Source: a virus | Direction: 5' to 3' (one strand) | Length of the DNA: 64,000 nt | IMG/VR virus record: IMGVR_UViG_3300044445_000018 | Coordinates: 1 to 64,000 of that record | In this document: positions 32,846 to 40,776 of the stretch, in pieces | Layout: each line of letters starts with the position of its first letter | Numbering within the stretch: the stretch's first letter is position 1 | Notes under the pieces: generated by a model | The model's input: only the letters and a program-made list of their open reading frames with translations | The model's database searches: none | Told to the model about the DNA's origin: nothing | Translations under genes and position numbers: made by a program

Positions 32846-33117
32846 TACTGAACCTCGAACCAGTCTCCTGTGGTCGTGTTCAGCCAGCTATCGCCGACGA
32901 TGGCTGTATCGAGGAACGTGCTGGGGGGATCACCGGCTCCCGACGAGTGACGGGTTCCGCGTGTTCCCGGAGGTCCAGCAACGGTGCTGTCCGATCCCTT
33001 GAGACTGGCGAGCCACTGAGCACGACTTCCTGTGAAGCCTGCGGCGACGGCAACGGTATAAGCATCGTCGCCGGGAGGGCCTTTAAGGTTCGAGACTTTC
33101 TTCATCGTCACGGGCAT
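32845..33117 (-). CDS. short collagen-like tail-fibre-like protein
   Basis: MPVTMKKVSNLKGPPG N-terminus, GPPGTRGT, and C-terminal GDSWLNTTTGDWF. Confidence 0.5.
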   Translation of the reverse strand: MPVTMKKVSNLKGPPGDDAYTVAVAAGFTGSRAQWLASLKGSDSTVAGPPGTRGTRHSSGAGDPPSTFLDTAIVGDSWLNTTTGDWFEVQ

Positions 33118-33385
33118 CGGACATCTCCATCATGTAAACGTCGCCCGTCTTGGCATCGAACGAATACTGGTTCGAGCCGAGAAGGACTTCGGACGGTGTG
33201 AGGGGGACGGCGATGGTACTGTCGGGGGTCAGACCGGTCGCACTGACATAGAGGGTTTGAGAAGGATCGAGGTCAGTTGCTTTATGCCACGCCACCACGG
33301 CGAGCACTTGCTTGCCGCCGACATTCAGCACGGCAAGGTCTGGGACCATTACAGAAGGATAGGTGACGGGTCCGGGTCCTGGCAT
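33083..33385 (-). CDS. hypothetical protein (100 aa)
   Basis: Co-directional ORF with a 35-nt overlap with the next gene. Confidence 0.45.
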   Translation of the reverse strand: MPGPGPVTYPSVMVPDLAVLNVGGKQVLAVVAWHKATDLDPSQTLYVSATGLTPDSTIAVPLTPSEVLLGSNQYSFDAKTGDVYMMEMSDARDDEESLEP

Positions 33386-33394
33386 GGGAACCTC

Positions 33395-33802
33395 CTAGTA
33401 TCGGAGGACACGGACAGTGGAGGCTTTGCCCGACGCTGTCACCCCGAACATGGCACGCTGCGTCCGACCCAGACGGTCCTGAGTGAAGGGTTGGCCTGGA
33501 CGGAGCGGGTAGCCCTTCTCGGGTGTCACGTCATCACCACCGAGCCAGATGGTCTCCTGGCCGTCGTTCAGCACAACGCTGAAGACGAAGTCGGTGTACC
33601 CGAACAGGATGGGTGTCGGGTCGTCGGTGACAGGTAAGGCGTCGGTGAACACGTCGTTGTCAGACGGAGGCGCGTCGCTGGCAGCAACACCAGGGACAGT
33701 GACGAGGGCGTAAGCCCCGCTCTCCAGTCTGTGCAGGGCCATGGGGACTGGACGTCCGTTGAAGACGTTCAGTACGAGGATGGTTTCCTCTCCGGTTTCC
33801 AT
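33395..33802 (-). CDS. hypothetical protein (135 aa)
   Basis: ATG 33802 lies 5 nt after the terminator U-run. Confidence 0.5.
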   Translation of the reverse strand: METGEETILVLNVFNGRPVPMALHRLESGAYALVTVPGVAASDAPPSDNDVFTDALPVTDDPTPILFGYTDFVFSVVLNDGQETIWLGGDDVTPEKGYPLRPGQPFTQDRLGRTQRAMFGVTASGKASTVRVLRY

Positions 33803-33803
33803 A

Positions 33804-33829
33804 GCAAAACCCCGCCGGTAGCGACGGGG
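33804..33829 (-). terminator. intrinsic terminator after the XRE gene
   Basis: Minus strand CCCCGTCG-CTAC-CGGCGGGG followed by TTTTGCT. Confidence 0.65.
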
Positions 33830-33859
33830 CTGGATAACATAATCGTGAATAAAATCAAC

Positions 33860-34165
33860 CTAGCGGGGGAATGTGAAGCCCGCAATCAGTGCAGCAGCAA
33901 TGCGACTTCTCTGCGTAGGATCAGCCTCTGCTTTTAGACGCTTCGTCCTGACCTCCTGCAATGTCTCGGTCGGCTCTGCTTCTAATTCGTAACCTAGATA
34001 CTCAAGTACAGTCTCGATGATCGTGATGTCACCGCCGCCGTCTTGCTCGATACGGCGTAGTGTAGACCTGTTGACAGACGTGGCCGATGCAAGCTGTCGT
34101 TGAGACAACCCTTGCTGCATCCGCAGATCGACAATCAACTTGCCCCAGAACATCGGATCGGCCAT
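33860..34165 (-). CDS. XRE-family helix-turn-helix transcriptional regulator (101 aa)
   Basis: QGLSQRQLASATSVNRSTLRRIEQ HTH. ATG 34165 lies 11 nt after the GNAT stop. Confidence 0.75.
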   Translation of the reverse strand: MADPMFWGKLIVDLRMQQGLSQRQLASATSVNRSTLRRIEQDGGGDITIIETVLEYLGYELEAEPTETLQEVRTKRLKAEADPTQRSRIAAALIAGFTFPR

Positions 34166-34176
34166 GACGTCTGCCC

Positions 34177-34605
34177 TCAGAACTGGAGAACGTGGGTCTT
34201 GGTCTTGGGCGCCATCTTCAGGGCGTACGTCGCGTGGGTCATCTCGGCGTTGCCGAAGGACATGTCCACGACAATCCGGTTGATGCCTGCCTTCCGCCCG
34301 ATGAACTTCAGATGCTCGAACATTTGCCGGAAAGCGCCCTGACGACGGCTGGTCTGCTCGACGTAGGCTAGGGTGACTTCGTAGGAACGGTGATCCATCT
34401 GCTCGTACGTCAGGATACCGACGATGTCCTTGGCCTTGGCGTCGATAGCCAAGATCGCAGGGCTGTTCAGATCGACAGGATACAGACCCTCGGGCCAATG
34501 CTCCAAGCCCGCCTGCATGATCTCGTGGCAGCCCTCGTAGACGACAGACGCACCCTGCGACGAGCCAACGTGATCGACGTCTACGATAGTGAACTTTTCC
34601 GACAC
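34177..34605 (-). CDS. GNAT family N-acetyltransferase
   Basis: VTLAYVEQTSRRQGAFRQMFEHLKFIGRKAGINRI (motif A). GTG 34605 is 5 nt after AAGGAGGG. Confidence 0.6.
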   Translation of the reverse strand: MSEKFTIVDVDHVGSSQGASVVYEGCHEIMQAGLEHWPEGLYPVDLNSPAILAIDAKAKDIVGILTYEQMDHRSYEVTLAYVEQTSRRQGAFRQMFEHLKFIGRKAGINRIVVDMSFGNAEMTHATYALKMAPKTKTHVLQF

Positions 34606-34625
34606 CGTGACCCTCCTTGGCCTTA

Positions 34626-34641
34626 GTGCAATTAATGTCAT
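34626..34641. promoter_or_regulatory. junction palindrome GTGCAATTAATGTCAT
   Basis: 7 nt upstream of the GNAT SD. Confidence 0.85.
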
Positions 34642-34691
34642 TCCTGACTTAGGACCCGACTGCGTGCGTGTCAATCGGGTCCGTGGGATTG

Positions 34692-34976
34692 TCAGGCGGC
34701 TTTTACAGGAAGGCTCCAGGCTTCGATGAAACGCTCGACATGGTCGAACTTCATCTCCAGGCGCTTGAAGCCAGTATCCCGCTTGAGCATTTCTTCCCGC
34801 GTAGCCAGTAACAGTTCGCGAATGTCGGGCTTCTCAACTACACCGTCAACTGTAACCTTGATGCTGACGTTGATTTCCTTGCCGGACTTCACGAGAACGC
34901 CTTGAACTTCTTCGTGCTCCGTAGCGACGATTGTGTCACCGGCTTCGTTGAGCGACAGAACCCAGATACGCTTCAT
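34692..34976 (-). CDS. hypothetical protein (94 aa)
   Basis: ORF-track ORF with an ATG start. Confidence 0.5.
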   Translation of the reverse strand: MKRIWVLSLNEAGDTIVATEHEEVQGVLVKSGKEINVSIKVTVDGVVEKPDIRELLLATREEMLKRDTGFKRLEMKFDHVERFIEAWSLPVKAA

Positions 34977-35046
34977 AGGGGGTGCGCCTCCTTGCGCAAA
35001 AAAGCGCCCCAGGTTGCCCCAGGACGCTCGTTACAGTCTGGAAGGA

Positions 35047-35376
35047 TCAGGAACGCTTGCCGGTGACTTGCGGGGCGTCAGCGGGCTTCCCAGGCGCCGG
35101 AGCGTCCTGTGCCGGCTGCACACGCCCGTCCTGAATGATGGGGGCTGCATCGGTCGGCGAGGAACGGGCCGCGCCCTCGGACTGGTTCACGCCGTCCTTG
35201 GCGATGGGCTGCCCCGCCGCCTCCTGAGCCGATGCCTCGGCGAGCTTGCGCTGCTGGTTGGCGCGGCGCTGGAAGCAGTCGGCGAGGATGTGGGCCGGGA
35301 CGCCGGTCGCCGCGCCGATGATGCTGTCGAGCGCGTCTTCGACACCGCGATACGCTTCCTGAAAATTCTGGGACAT
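35047..35376 (-). CDS. hypothetical protein (109 aa)
   Basis: ORF-track ORF with an ATG start. Confidence 0.45.
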   Translation of the reverse strand: MSQNFQEAYRGVEDALDSIIGAATGVPAHILADCFQRRANQQRKLAEASAQEAAGQPIAKDGVNQSEGAARSSPTDAAPIIQDGRVQPAQDAPAPGKPADAPQVTGKRS

Positions 35377-35439
35377 GGGACCGTCTCCTGTTATGCGGCC
35401 GGGGCCGGGGGGTTAACCTACACTATGAGATCGCTACAG

Positions 35440-36453
35440 TCACTCGTCTTCGTCGGATATAGGACTGTTACCCGGCGGGACTAGGGTCGAGGCGACCTCG
35501 AAATCGGGATCGCTGGGCTGGAGATCGTAGCGGTCGATCTTGTACCCCTTGGCGCGGAGCACCTTGACCTGTTGGGGGGTCGGCTTGTGGGTCGTCCAGT
35601 CTCCTGCCAGCGTGCCGGGGACTTCGCCCATCGTGTACCACAAGGCGCCGCGATAGCCCCCACGCAGCTTGGCCCAGCCAAGAGCATCGAGCCGCTTCTC
35701 CGACGTGCCGATAATGCTGCTGGCGGTGTAGCTGTGACCGCTGCTATCGCAGCCGTAGAAGGTGCCATCCGGGGCGAGCCAGCCGGTGTCTGAGGTCTCG
35801 TCACAGGTCGCTGGGTCGTCGTAGAACATGTCCCAGTTCTGGGCGATCTGTGTCTTGATCACCTTGTCGGTCACTCTTTTCGGGGAGCCGCCGCCCGCCG
35901 AGTTGTAATAGTAGTTCCGCTTCTCGTCGTACTGCCACCACGTCTGCACGCCGAAGTTGTCGAGCAGGTGGAAGGTCAGGGCCTCTTCGCTGTTGTGAGC
36001 CCACAGGCGGTAGACGTTCTCACCCTCCGCGCCGACGTTGTACGCGACGATCTCGAAGTGGAAGTCCCCGATGTCGATGGGCACGTTCTCCGGTCTGGAG
36101 ATGTACAGCGCGTCGCCGTTGCACAGATACCGCTCGAACACGACGCTCGCGAAGCCGTTGTGACAGGGCCGGGCGATGATCATGCAGTCCAGACGCTCGA
36201 TCTCTATCCAGTCCGTGGTGGCGTCGAGGATTTTGATGTCCGGTACGCACGCCTGTTCCTTCGGGTAGAGGTCGTACGCTTTCACGTCGAACCCCTTGTC
36301 CCGCATCTGTCGGGTGAGGCAGCCCATGCCCGCGCCGATGTCGTGGAACTGCTTGTGCCGCCAGGGCAGCTTGTTCAGAAACTCCCAGAAGTTCTCGTTG
36401 GGTTGGAAGAACACAAGCCCGCCCTTGAACATGAAGTCTGCGATCTGATCCAT
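35440..36453 (-). CDS. SAM-dependent methyltransferase domain fused to an unknown C-terminal domain
   Basis: Motif I FHDIGAGMGCLT, then DVKAYDL. The C-terminal ~170 aa has no recognised motif. Confidence 0.5.
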   Translation of the reverse strand: MDQIADFMFKGGLVFFQPNENFWEFLNKLPWRHKQFHDIGAGMGCLTRQMRDKGFDVKAYDLYPKEQACVPDIKILDATTDWIEIERLDCMIIARPCHNGFASVVFERYLCNGDALYISRPENVPIDIGDFHFEIVAYNVGAEGENVYRLWAHNSEEALTFHLLDNFGVQTWWQYDEKRNYYYNSAGGGSPKRVTDKVIKTQIAQNWDMFYDDPATCDETSDTGWLAPDGTFYGCDSSGHSYTASSIIGTSEKRLDALGWAKLRGGYRGALWYTMGEVPGTLAGDWTTHKPTPQQVKVLRAKGYKIDRYDLQPSDPDFEVASTLVPPGNSPISDEDE

Positions 36454-36454
36454 G

Positions 36455-36712
36455 TCAGTCTCCGAGAGGAAGGAGGGCGATGGCCGACAGCATCAACTTA
36501 CGCCGAGCTTTGTCGGACGCAACTGCTACGGCGATGCTCATGTAAATCGGAGCCGGGCACTCGTCGGGAGGGCACTGCTTGTCGGGGCGCAGCGCGAACG
36601 CCGCGTTCTGCAACTGCTGCCCGAGCTTCACGATGGCTGGGTTTAGCTGGCAGTTGCGCTCGTAGTCGTCACGCACACTCGGCGGGGTGTGCTTGGGGAG
36701 TTTGAAAGCCAT
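36455..36712 (-). CDS. hypothetical protein (85 aa)
   Basis: ATG after AAGGAGGG. Own promoter at 36800..36827. Confidence 0.5.
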   Translation of the reverse strand: MAFKLPKHTPPSVRDDYERNCQLNPAIVKLGQQLQNAAFALRPDKQCPPDECPAPIYMSIAVAVASDKARRKLMLSAIALLPLGD

Positions 36713-36799
36713 GATTGCGCCCTCCTTGGCGGCTTACGAAAGTGCCCAACACATCCCCAGGCTGCGATGTTGGGGGATGGTTGGGGTGGTGATGAAGTG

Positions 36800-36827
36800 A
36801 GATTAGAGGAAAGTGCAAGGGTGTAAA
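36800..36827 (-). promoter_or_regulatory. sigma70-like promoter TTTACA-16-TAATCT
   Basis: Intergenic. Leader of about 85 nt to ATG 36712. Confidence 0.6.
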
Positions 36828-36834
36828 TAGGGTA

Positions 36835-37005
36835 TTATCGAGGACCAAAGTTGATGATGACTTCCGCCCCCCAGCCCGCGATCACGTACAGGATGCAGAT
36901 CAGGAACAGCCAGCGCGTGTCCCCGCACATCTGGTTCACCTTCATGACGTACCAGAAGATCAGCAACATGGTGAAGACGAGCAGGGCGACTTGATCGAGC
37001 GGCAT
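36835..37005 (-). CDS. small membrane protein (56 aa)
   Basis: MPLDQVALLVFTMLLIFWYV... has two hydrophobic stretches. ATG 4 nt after AGGAGGG. Confidence 0.5.
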   Translation of the reverse strand: MPLDQVALLVFTMLLIFWYVMKVNQMCGDTRWLFLICILYVIAGWGAEVIINFGPR

Positions 37006-37016
37006 GACGCCCTCCT

Positions 37017-37032
37017 GTGAAATTAATGTCAT
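37017..37032. promoter_or_regulatory. junction palindrome GTGAAATTAATGTCAT
   Basis: Contains the TGA stop of 37029..37139 and abuts the SD of 36835..37005. Confidence 0.85.
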
Positions 37033-37139
37033 TCCTCGGGGATGACGTAGGACAGCATGATAAACAGGACGAGCCCGACAAGCACCACCATCCAGATCAC
37101 GTCTGCGTGCTCACCGAGCCGCACGAGCCACTTGTTCAT
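37029..37139 (-). CDS. small membrane protein (36 aa), not in ORF track
   Basis: MNKWLVRLGEHADVIWMVVLVGLVLFIMLSYVIPEE. ATGA overlap with the upstream stop. Confidence 0.45.
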   Translation of the reverse strand: MNKWLVRLGEHADVIWMVVLVGLVLFIMLSYVIPEE

Positions 37140-37567
37140 GGCTTCCTAGCCTTCTTTCCGAGCACCACGTCGAGCGGTCCCCTGATCTGGGTCATGAGCA
37201 TCCGCATGTGGTCCCACACGCGCTTCTGCCGGTCGTTGTACGCGTCGGTAATCCCGTCCCGCTCCTTCACCTGCTGGCAGGCCAGGATTTCCTCACAGGT
37301 GTCGTGCATCTGCACGGTGAGCGCGGCGCCGGCCACGAGGGCGTGCCCCTTGGTCAGCAGGGCCTCCACGAGGATGCGGGTCTGATGGTCTCCCTCGGCG
37401 AACCCTAGTGTGAACACCAGCCGACCGTCTGCATCCACGACCTTGTAGAAGTCCACCGGCCCGTCTTTCTGCTTGGGCTGCGGCTTCATCTTCCACTGAT
37501 TGGATTTGCCGATCTGCGTCATGAGTTGCAGATCATCCAAGATCGAGGCGGCGGTCGGCTGGCTCAT
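37136..37567 (-). CDS. hypothetical protein (143 aa)
   Basis: ORF-track ORF with an ATG start. Confidence 0.5.
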   Translation of the reverse strand: MSQPTAASILDDLQLMTQIGKSNQWKMKPQPKQKDGPVDFYKVVDADGRLVFTLGFAEGDHQTRILVEALLTKGHALVAGAALTVQMHDTCEEILACQQVKERDGITDAYNDRQKRVWDHMRMLMTQIRGPLDVVLGKKARKP

Positions 37568-37589
37568 GGGTCCCTCCTTGGAGCAGGTG

Positions 37590-37889
37590 TCAGAGGCGTT
37601 CGAGAACGGCAGCGGTGGTCGGATGGGGGCGATCCACGACGAGCGCCTTCACCATGACCCCGCCGTTTTCACGCTTGCAGGAGAACTGGACGTGCGCCCA
37701 GTGTCCGTCCTTGAGGCCGAGCAGCTTGGTCATGGCCAGGGCCGCTTCGAAGACAGACGCCGGGATGCTCTCGGTGGTGACGGTGATGGCCTGCTCGTCG
37801 CCCGGCGTCGTGGTCTCGATGTTGGCCTTGAGCAGGGTGTCCTGCGAGTAGAGCTTCGCGTTGAACGCGGCGATGTCGGTGTCTTTCAT
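37590..37889 (-). CDS. hypothetical protein (99 aa)
   Basis: ORF-track ORF with an ATG start. Confidence 0.5.
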   Translation of the reverse strand: MKDTDIAAFNAKLYSQDTLLKANIETTTPGDEQAITVTTESIPASVFEAALAMTKLLGLKDGHWAHVQFSCKRENGGVMVKALVVDRPHPTTAAVLERL

Positions 37890-37937
37890 AGGACGAACTC
37901 CGTCTTCGTGTACTTGATCAGGGTGAGGTTGCCGTCG

Positions 37938-38210
37938 CTACTTCTTCGGATGCTTGACGCCGGGCAGGGTCTTGAGCACCCGGCCGCTCTCCGCGTAGTT
38001 CTGGCGGTTGTAGAGGGCGCAGTAGAGTTCCTTGCTGGTGACACCGCTCTCTCCGACTTTCTTCAGCGTGACCTCCGAGAGGGTGCTGTCGATCCCGTCG
38101 TTGCGAAGCGCCGTCATGTGCCTCTCCGCGAAGACTTTGGTTGTGAACATCGCGTCCTCGAACATCCCCGTCCCGATGATGCGGTGCTGAACTTTGTAGA
38201 GCGTGGTCAT
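37938..38210 (-). CDS. hypothetical protein (90 aa)
   Basis: ATG after AAGGA. Confidence 0.5.
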   Translation of the reverse strand: MTTLYKVQHRIIGTGMFEDAMFTTKVFAERHMTALRNDGIDSTLSEVTLKKVGESGVTSKELYCALYNRQNYAESGRVLKTLPGVKHPKK

Positions 38211-38280
38211 GGTGGTGTCCTTACTAATGGAGAAGGCCCCTGTAGCAGCCTAAAACCGCCCCAGGAAGCCCTTTAACGTC

Positions 38281-38430
38281 CTACAGGGCCCACAGGGGCC
38301 TCAACGTGACCTTGACGGCCCTGGCGAGGATTGTTCCCCACTGGAGGACCGCCAAGTTGAAGAAGAACAGCATGTGGTAGACGAGGGACCCCATGATGAT
38401 CTGATTGAACAGCCGCCGTCGTGGGCTCAT
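38281..38430 (-). CDS. small membrane protein (49 aa)
   Basis: MSPRRRLFNQIIMGSLVYHMLFFFNLAVL. ATGA overlap with 38427..38597. Confidence 0.45.
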   Translation of the reverse strand: MSPRRRLFNQIIMGSLVYHMLFFFNLAVLQWGTILARAVKVTLRPLWAL

Positions 38431-38597
38431 CGCGTATACCACGAGACCGCAAGGGTGACAGCCCCGAGGGCAATGCAGAGCACCATGAAGGACTGCCCGA
38501 TCACGAACCTCCACCGAGCCGCGTTGCGCCGTTTGCGAGCCCTGATCAGCAGTTCCTCCCGCAGCATCGTCTTCAGTTCTTGGTCGAGGTCCATCAT
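38427..38597 (-). CDS. small membrane protein (56 aa), not in ORF track
   Basis: MMDLDQELKTMLREELLIRARKRRNAARWRFVIGQSFMVLCIALGAVTLAVSWYTR. ATGA overlaps at both ends. High GC3. Confidence 0.5.
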   Translation of the reverse strand: MMDLDQELKTMLREELLIRARKRRNAARWRFVIGQSFMVLCIALGAVTLAVSWYTR

Positions 38598-38920
38598 GTC
38601 GGGTTCTTTTTGTTAAGCGCGTTGGCGACTTCCGGGACCTCGTTGACAGGCCGCAGCCCAGAAAGCTCCTCGTCGGTCATCTCCGCGTCGTCGTCAGGCT
38701 CTGCCTTGGGGGCCTGGGCATCGGCCGCGTTCTGCGCAACGTTGAGCATGGACTGTTGCAGCTTGAGGGCGTCCGCTTCGAGCACGTACCCCGAGATCGA
38801 CATCGCGACCGGGACCATGGCCTGCCCGTTCACCTGAATGACCCGTTCCGTGAGGACGCGGGTCTGTAAGGCGACAGGGCTGGGGTTCTGTAGGATGGGG
38901 GTGGTGGGGCCTTCACTCAC
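38594..38920 (-). CDS. hypothetical protein (108 aa)
   Basis: GTG 38920 is 6 nt after GGAGG, in a GTGA overlap. Confidence 0.45.
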   Translation of the reverse strand: MSEGPTTPILQNPSPVALQTRVLTERVIQVNGQAMVPVAMSISGYVLEADALKLQQSMLNVAQNAADAQAPKAEPDDDAEMTDEELSGLRPVNEVPEVANALNKKNPT

Positions 38921-39060
38921 TGGAAACCTCCGAGGATGATCTTGAGGATGACGAAGCCGACCGGCCCGAGGGCCACGGCGACGAGCAGGGCGATGACGAT
39001 CCACTCGAACGTCTTGTTGCGCGGCGGATCGAGCGGGTCGTAATCAGGGTCGTCGTTCAC
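38917..39060 (-). CDS. small membrane protein (47 aa)
   Basis: GTG 39060 after AAGGAGG. TM stretch WIVIALLVAVALGPVGFVILKII. Confidence 0.45.
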   Translation of the reverse strand: MNDDPDYDPLDPPRNKTFEWIVIALLVAVALGPVGFVILKIILGGFQ

Positions 39061-39245
39061 GGGCGTGTCCTCCTTGTGACGGTGCGGACCAGGGTGAAGA
39101 CAATGGCGTACACGCTGTAGCTGCCCAAGAGCAACCATGCCCCGACTTCTCTGAGGGATGCTGGAGGGTCCCTGACCCGCGCGAATTTTTTTGGAGGGGA
39201 TTTGGGGGTGGGGTTCGGGGGGAACGCGCGCTCAGCCTTGCCCAT
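39057..39245 (-). CDS. small membrane protein (62 aa)
   Basis: ATG 39245. TM stretch WLLLGSYSVYAIVFTLV. Confidence 0.4.
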   Translation of the reverse strand: MGKAERAFPPNPTPKSPPKKFARVRDPPASLREVGAWLLLGSYSVYAIVFTLVRTVTRRTRP

Positions 39246-39549
39246 CTTTGAACTCCTTGAGAGCTTTGATGATGCTGCCACCCGTCACGAACCACATCTT
39301 GACCGTCTCCCCGTTGGCATTCCGAAACCGGACGACATTGCCATCGACCCGGTAACGGACGGCGCCTTCCGGGGCTCTGGTCGTCCATGCTTTGATCAGC
39401 ACTCCTTGGGGGCTGTCCAGTCTCAAGACGGTGAGCGACTGCCCGGCCTTGCAGGGCCCGTACTCGAACCCTCCGTTGAAGAAGGGGCTCACCATCCACC
39501 AGCTTCCCGACTTTGCTGCCGTGATGGCTGCCATGTTCGCTATCGCCAC
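39232..39549 (-). CDS. hypothetical protein (105 aa)
   Basis: GTG 39549 is 5 nt after GGAGGGAGG. Confidence 0.5.
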   Translation of the reverse strand: MAIANMAAITAAKSGSWWMVSPFFNGGFEYGPCKAGQSLTVLRLDSPQGVLIKAWTTRAPEGAVRYRVDGNVVRFRNANGETVKMWFVTGGSIIKALKEFKDGQG

Positions 39550-39572
39550 TGCGTCCTCCCTCCGTCGAATGG

Positions 39573-39689
39573 TCCCACCAATTTTCCCACCAATTTCCCC
39601 CTATTCCCAGGCTCAACACCCAGAGACAAGTTCGACGCCAATTCCCCCACCCACCGCCAGGGACAAGTTCCCGACCTTTCCCACCAATT
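39573..39689. repeat. dispersed direct repeats TCCCACCAATT (x3, plus one variant) with GACAAGTTC partners
   Basis: Copies at 39573, 39585 and 39679, with a variant at 39647. GACAAGTTC at about 39625 and 39662. All lie in a 277-nt ORF-free gap. Confidence 0.6.
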
Positions 39690-39826
39690 CCGGGCGCCTA
39701 GCGACGACGCCTCCCTCTGCAACTGGCTTCATCGTGCAAATTCACCAGACCTGCTGGCAGGCTGGCCTTCTCACTGCACCTGGGGGGCAGGGCTCCCGGC
39801 TGGGGGCCCCACCCTTCTGTCATCTG

Positions 39827-39976
39827 TCACTCAACAGCAGCAGCAACTGCCTCACGGACATCAGAAGGCATGCTATCAAGCAGGCCGATCAGGGCATCTG
39901 CCTTCTCACTGTCGCCCGCCTCAACGGCTGCTTCAATCTGGGCTACCATCATGTCGATCAGGTCTTGGCTGGTCAT
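39827..39976 (-). CDS. small acidic protein (49 aa), not in ORF track
   Basis: MTSQDLIDMMVAQIEAAVEAGDSEKADALIGLLDSMPSDVREAVAAAVE. Preceded by the conserved GGAAAAGGAGTTCC block. Confidence 0.5.
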   Translation of the reverse strand: MTSQDLIDMMVAQIEAAVEAGDSEKADALIGLLDSMPSDVREAVAAAVE

Positions 39977-40005
39977 GGGGAACTCCTTTTCCTTGACTAC
40001 GACTT

Positions 40006-40033
40006 ACCGTAGCACGGGACGACACCTTGTCCA
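40006..40033 (-). promoter_or_regulatory. early-type promoter P1 TGGACA-16-TACGGT
   Basis: Upstream of 39827..39976. Confidence 0.55.
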
Positions 40034-40184
40034 CCCAAATCGACCTTCGTCTGCCTATTCCCGTACACCGGACTAGCGTCCTGTCAGGCGGACTTGCTGT
40101 CTTCTCCCAGACATCTGCCTTCCATGCCTACGTCCTTCTCCCGACTACGCCTCCGTGACTTCTGACGGTCAGCGTCACACGTCA

Positions 40185-40200
40185 GTGCAACTAACTTCAC
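40185..40200. promoter_or_regulatory. palindrome variant GTGCAACTAACTTCAC
   Basis: Centre is CTAA. Intergenic, adjacent to the iteron array. Confidence 0.7.
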
Positions 40201-40213
40201 ACAGGCAGGCAGG

Positions 40214-40329
40214 CACCTAGCCTGCTCCACCTAGTCTGCTTCGTCTGGCCTGCATGCGCCTTGTCTGCAATCGCCTAGTCTGCATCGACCTAGCCTGCTT
40301 CGGCTAGTCTGCTTCTGGTCTAGTCGTCC
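40214..40329. repeat. tandem array of about 8 degenerate 14-16 bp units CCTAG(C/T)CTGC(T/A)TCG
   Basis: Units begin at 40216, 40230, 40244, 40259, 40274, 40289, 40303 and 40319. Confidence 0.8.
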
Positions 40330-40520
40330 AGGCCCAACGTCCAATCCCTGTACGTCTCGAACCTCGGGACATGCGGACGCTCGGCATACTGGCACACGAG
40401 GCTGATCGGCTCGACGTCCCCACACTGCATGCGGTACGCGCGGGCTTGCAGACGGGTACGGACTTCCCAGTACGCGACGGGGGAGGCGATCAGCAGGGCG
40501 GCGATGACGTACCAGAACAT
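40320..40520 (-). CDS. small membrane protein (66 aa)
   Basis: MFWYVIAALLIASPVAYW. ATG 6 nt after AAGGAAG. Confidence 0.45.
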   Translation of the reverse strand: MFWYVIAALLIASPVAYWEVRTRLQARAYRMQCGDVEPISLVCQYAERPHVPRFETYRDWTLGLDD

Positions 40521-40599
40521 GTCGGACTTCCTTCTATACATACGAGCGGGGGGATGGGGAGCACACTGACTTGCAGGGCTCCCCGAGGCTGTGCGGTCC

Positions 40600-40776
40600 T
40601 TACAGAGCAGCGTCCTCTCGGGCTTCTTCCTCCTCCTCGATCTCCTGCTTGGCCAAGTCCCAGGCTGCTGCACTGTCAGAGCAGCCCCTGAAGCGGGCGT
40701 AGTGGGCGATCTCCTCCTGCCACTTCGGGTCGGTCAGCATGGCGGCGGAACGGGCGGCGATCAGCTTGGCGGACAT
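40600..40776 (-). CDS. small acidic protein (58 aa)
   Basis: ATG 40776 after GGAAAAGGAGTTCC. Confidence 0.5.
   Translation of the reverse strand: MSAKLIAARSAAMLTDPKWQEEIAHYARFRGCSDSAAAWDLAKQEIEEEEEAREDAAL

Noticed and set aside
33860-34165. The XRE regulator as evidence of a temperate lifestyle (CI-like repressor).
   Set aside because: The window has no integrase, excisionase, Cro-like divergent partner or attachment site. An XRE protein alone is not diagnostic.
34977-35046. A possible terminator in the GCGC-TTTTTT-GCGC region upstream of 34692..34976.
   Set aside because: Only a 4-bp stem can form. The flanking CCTGGGG elements are direct repeats, not inverted repeats.
40214-40329. The tandem repeat array as a possible CRISPR array.
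   Set aside because: Units are only 14-16 bp, degenerate and directly abutting. There are no spacers and no cas genes in the window.
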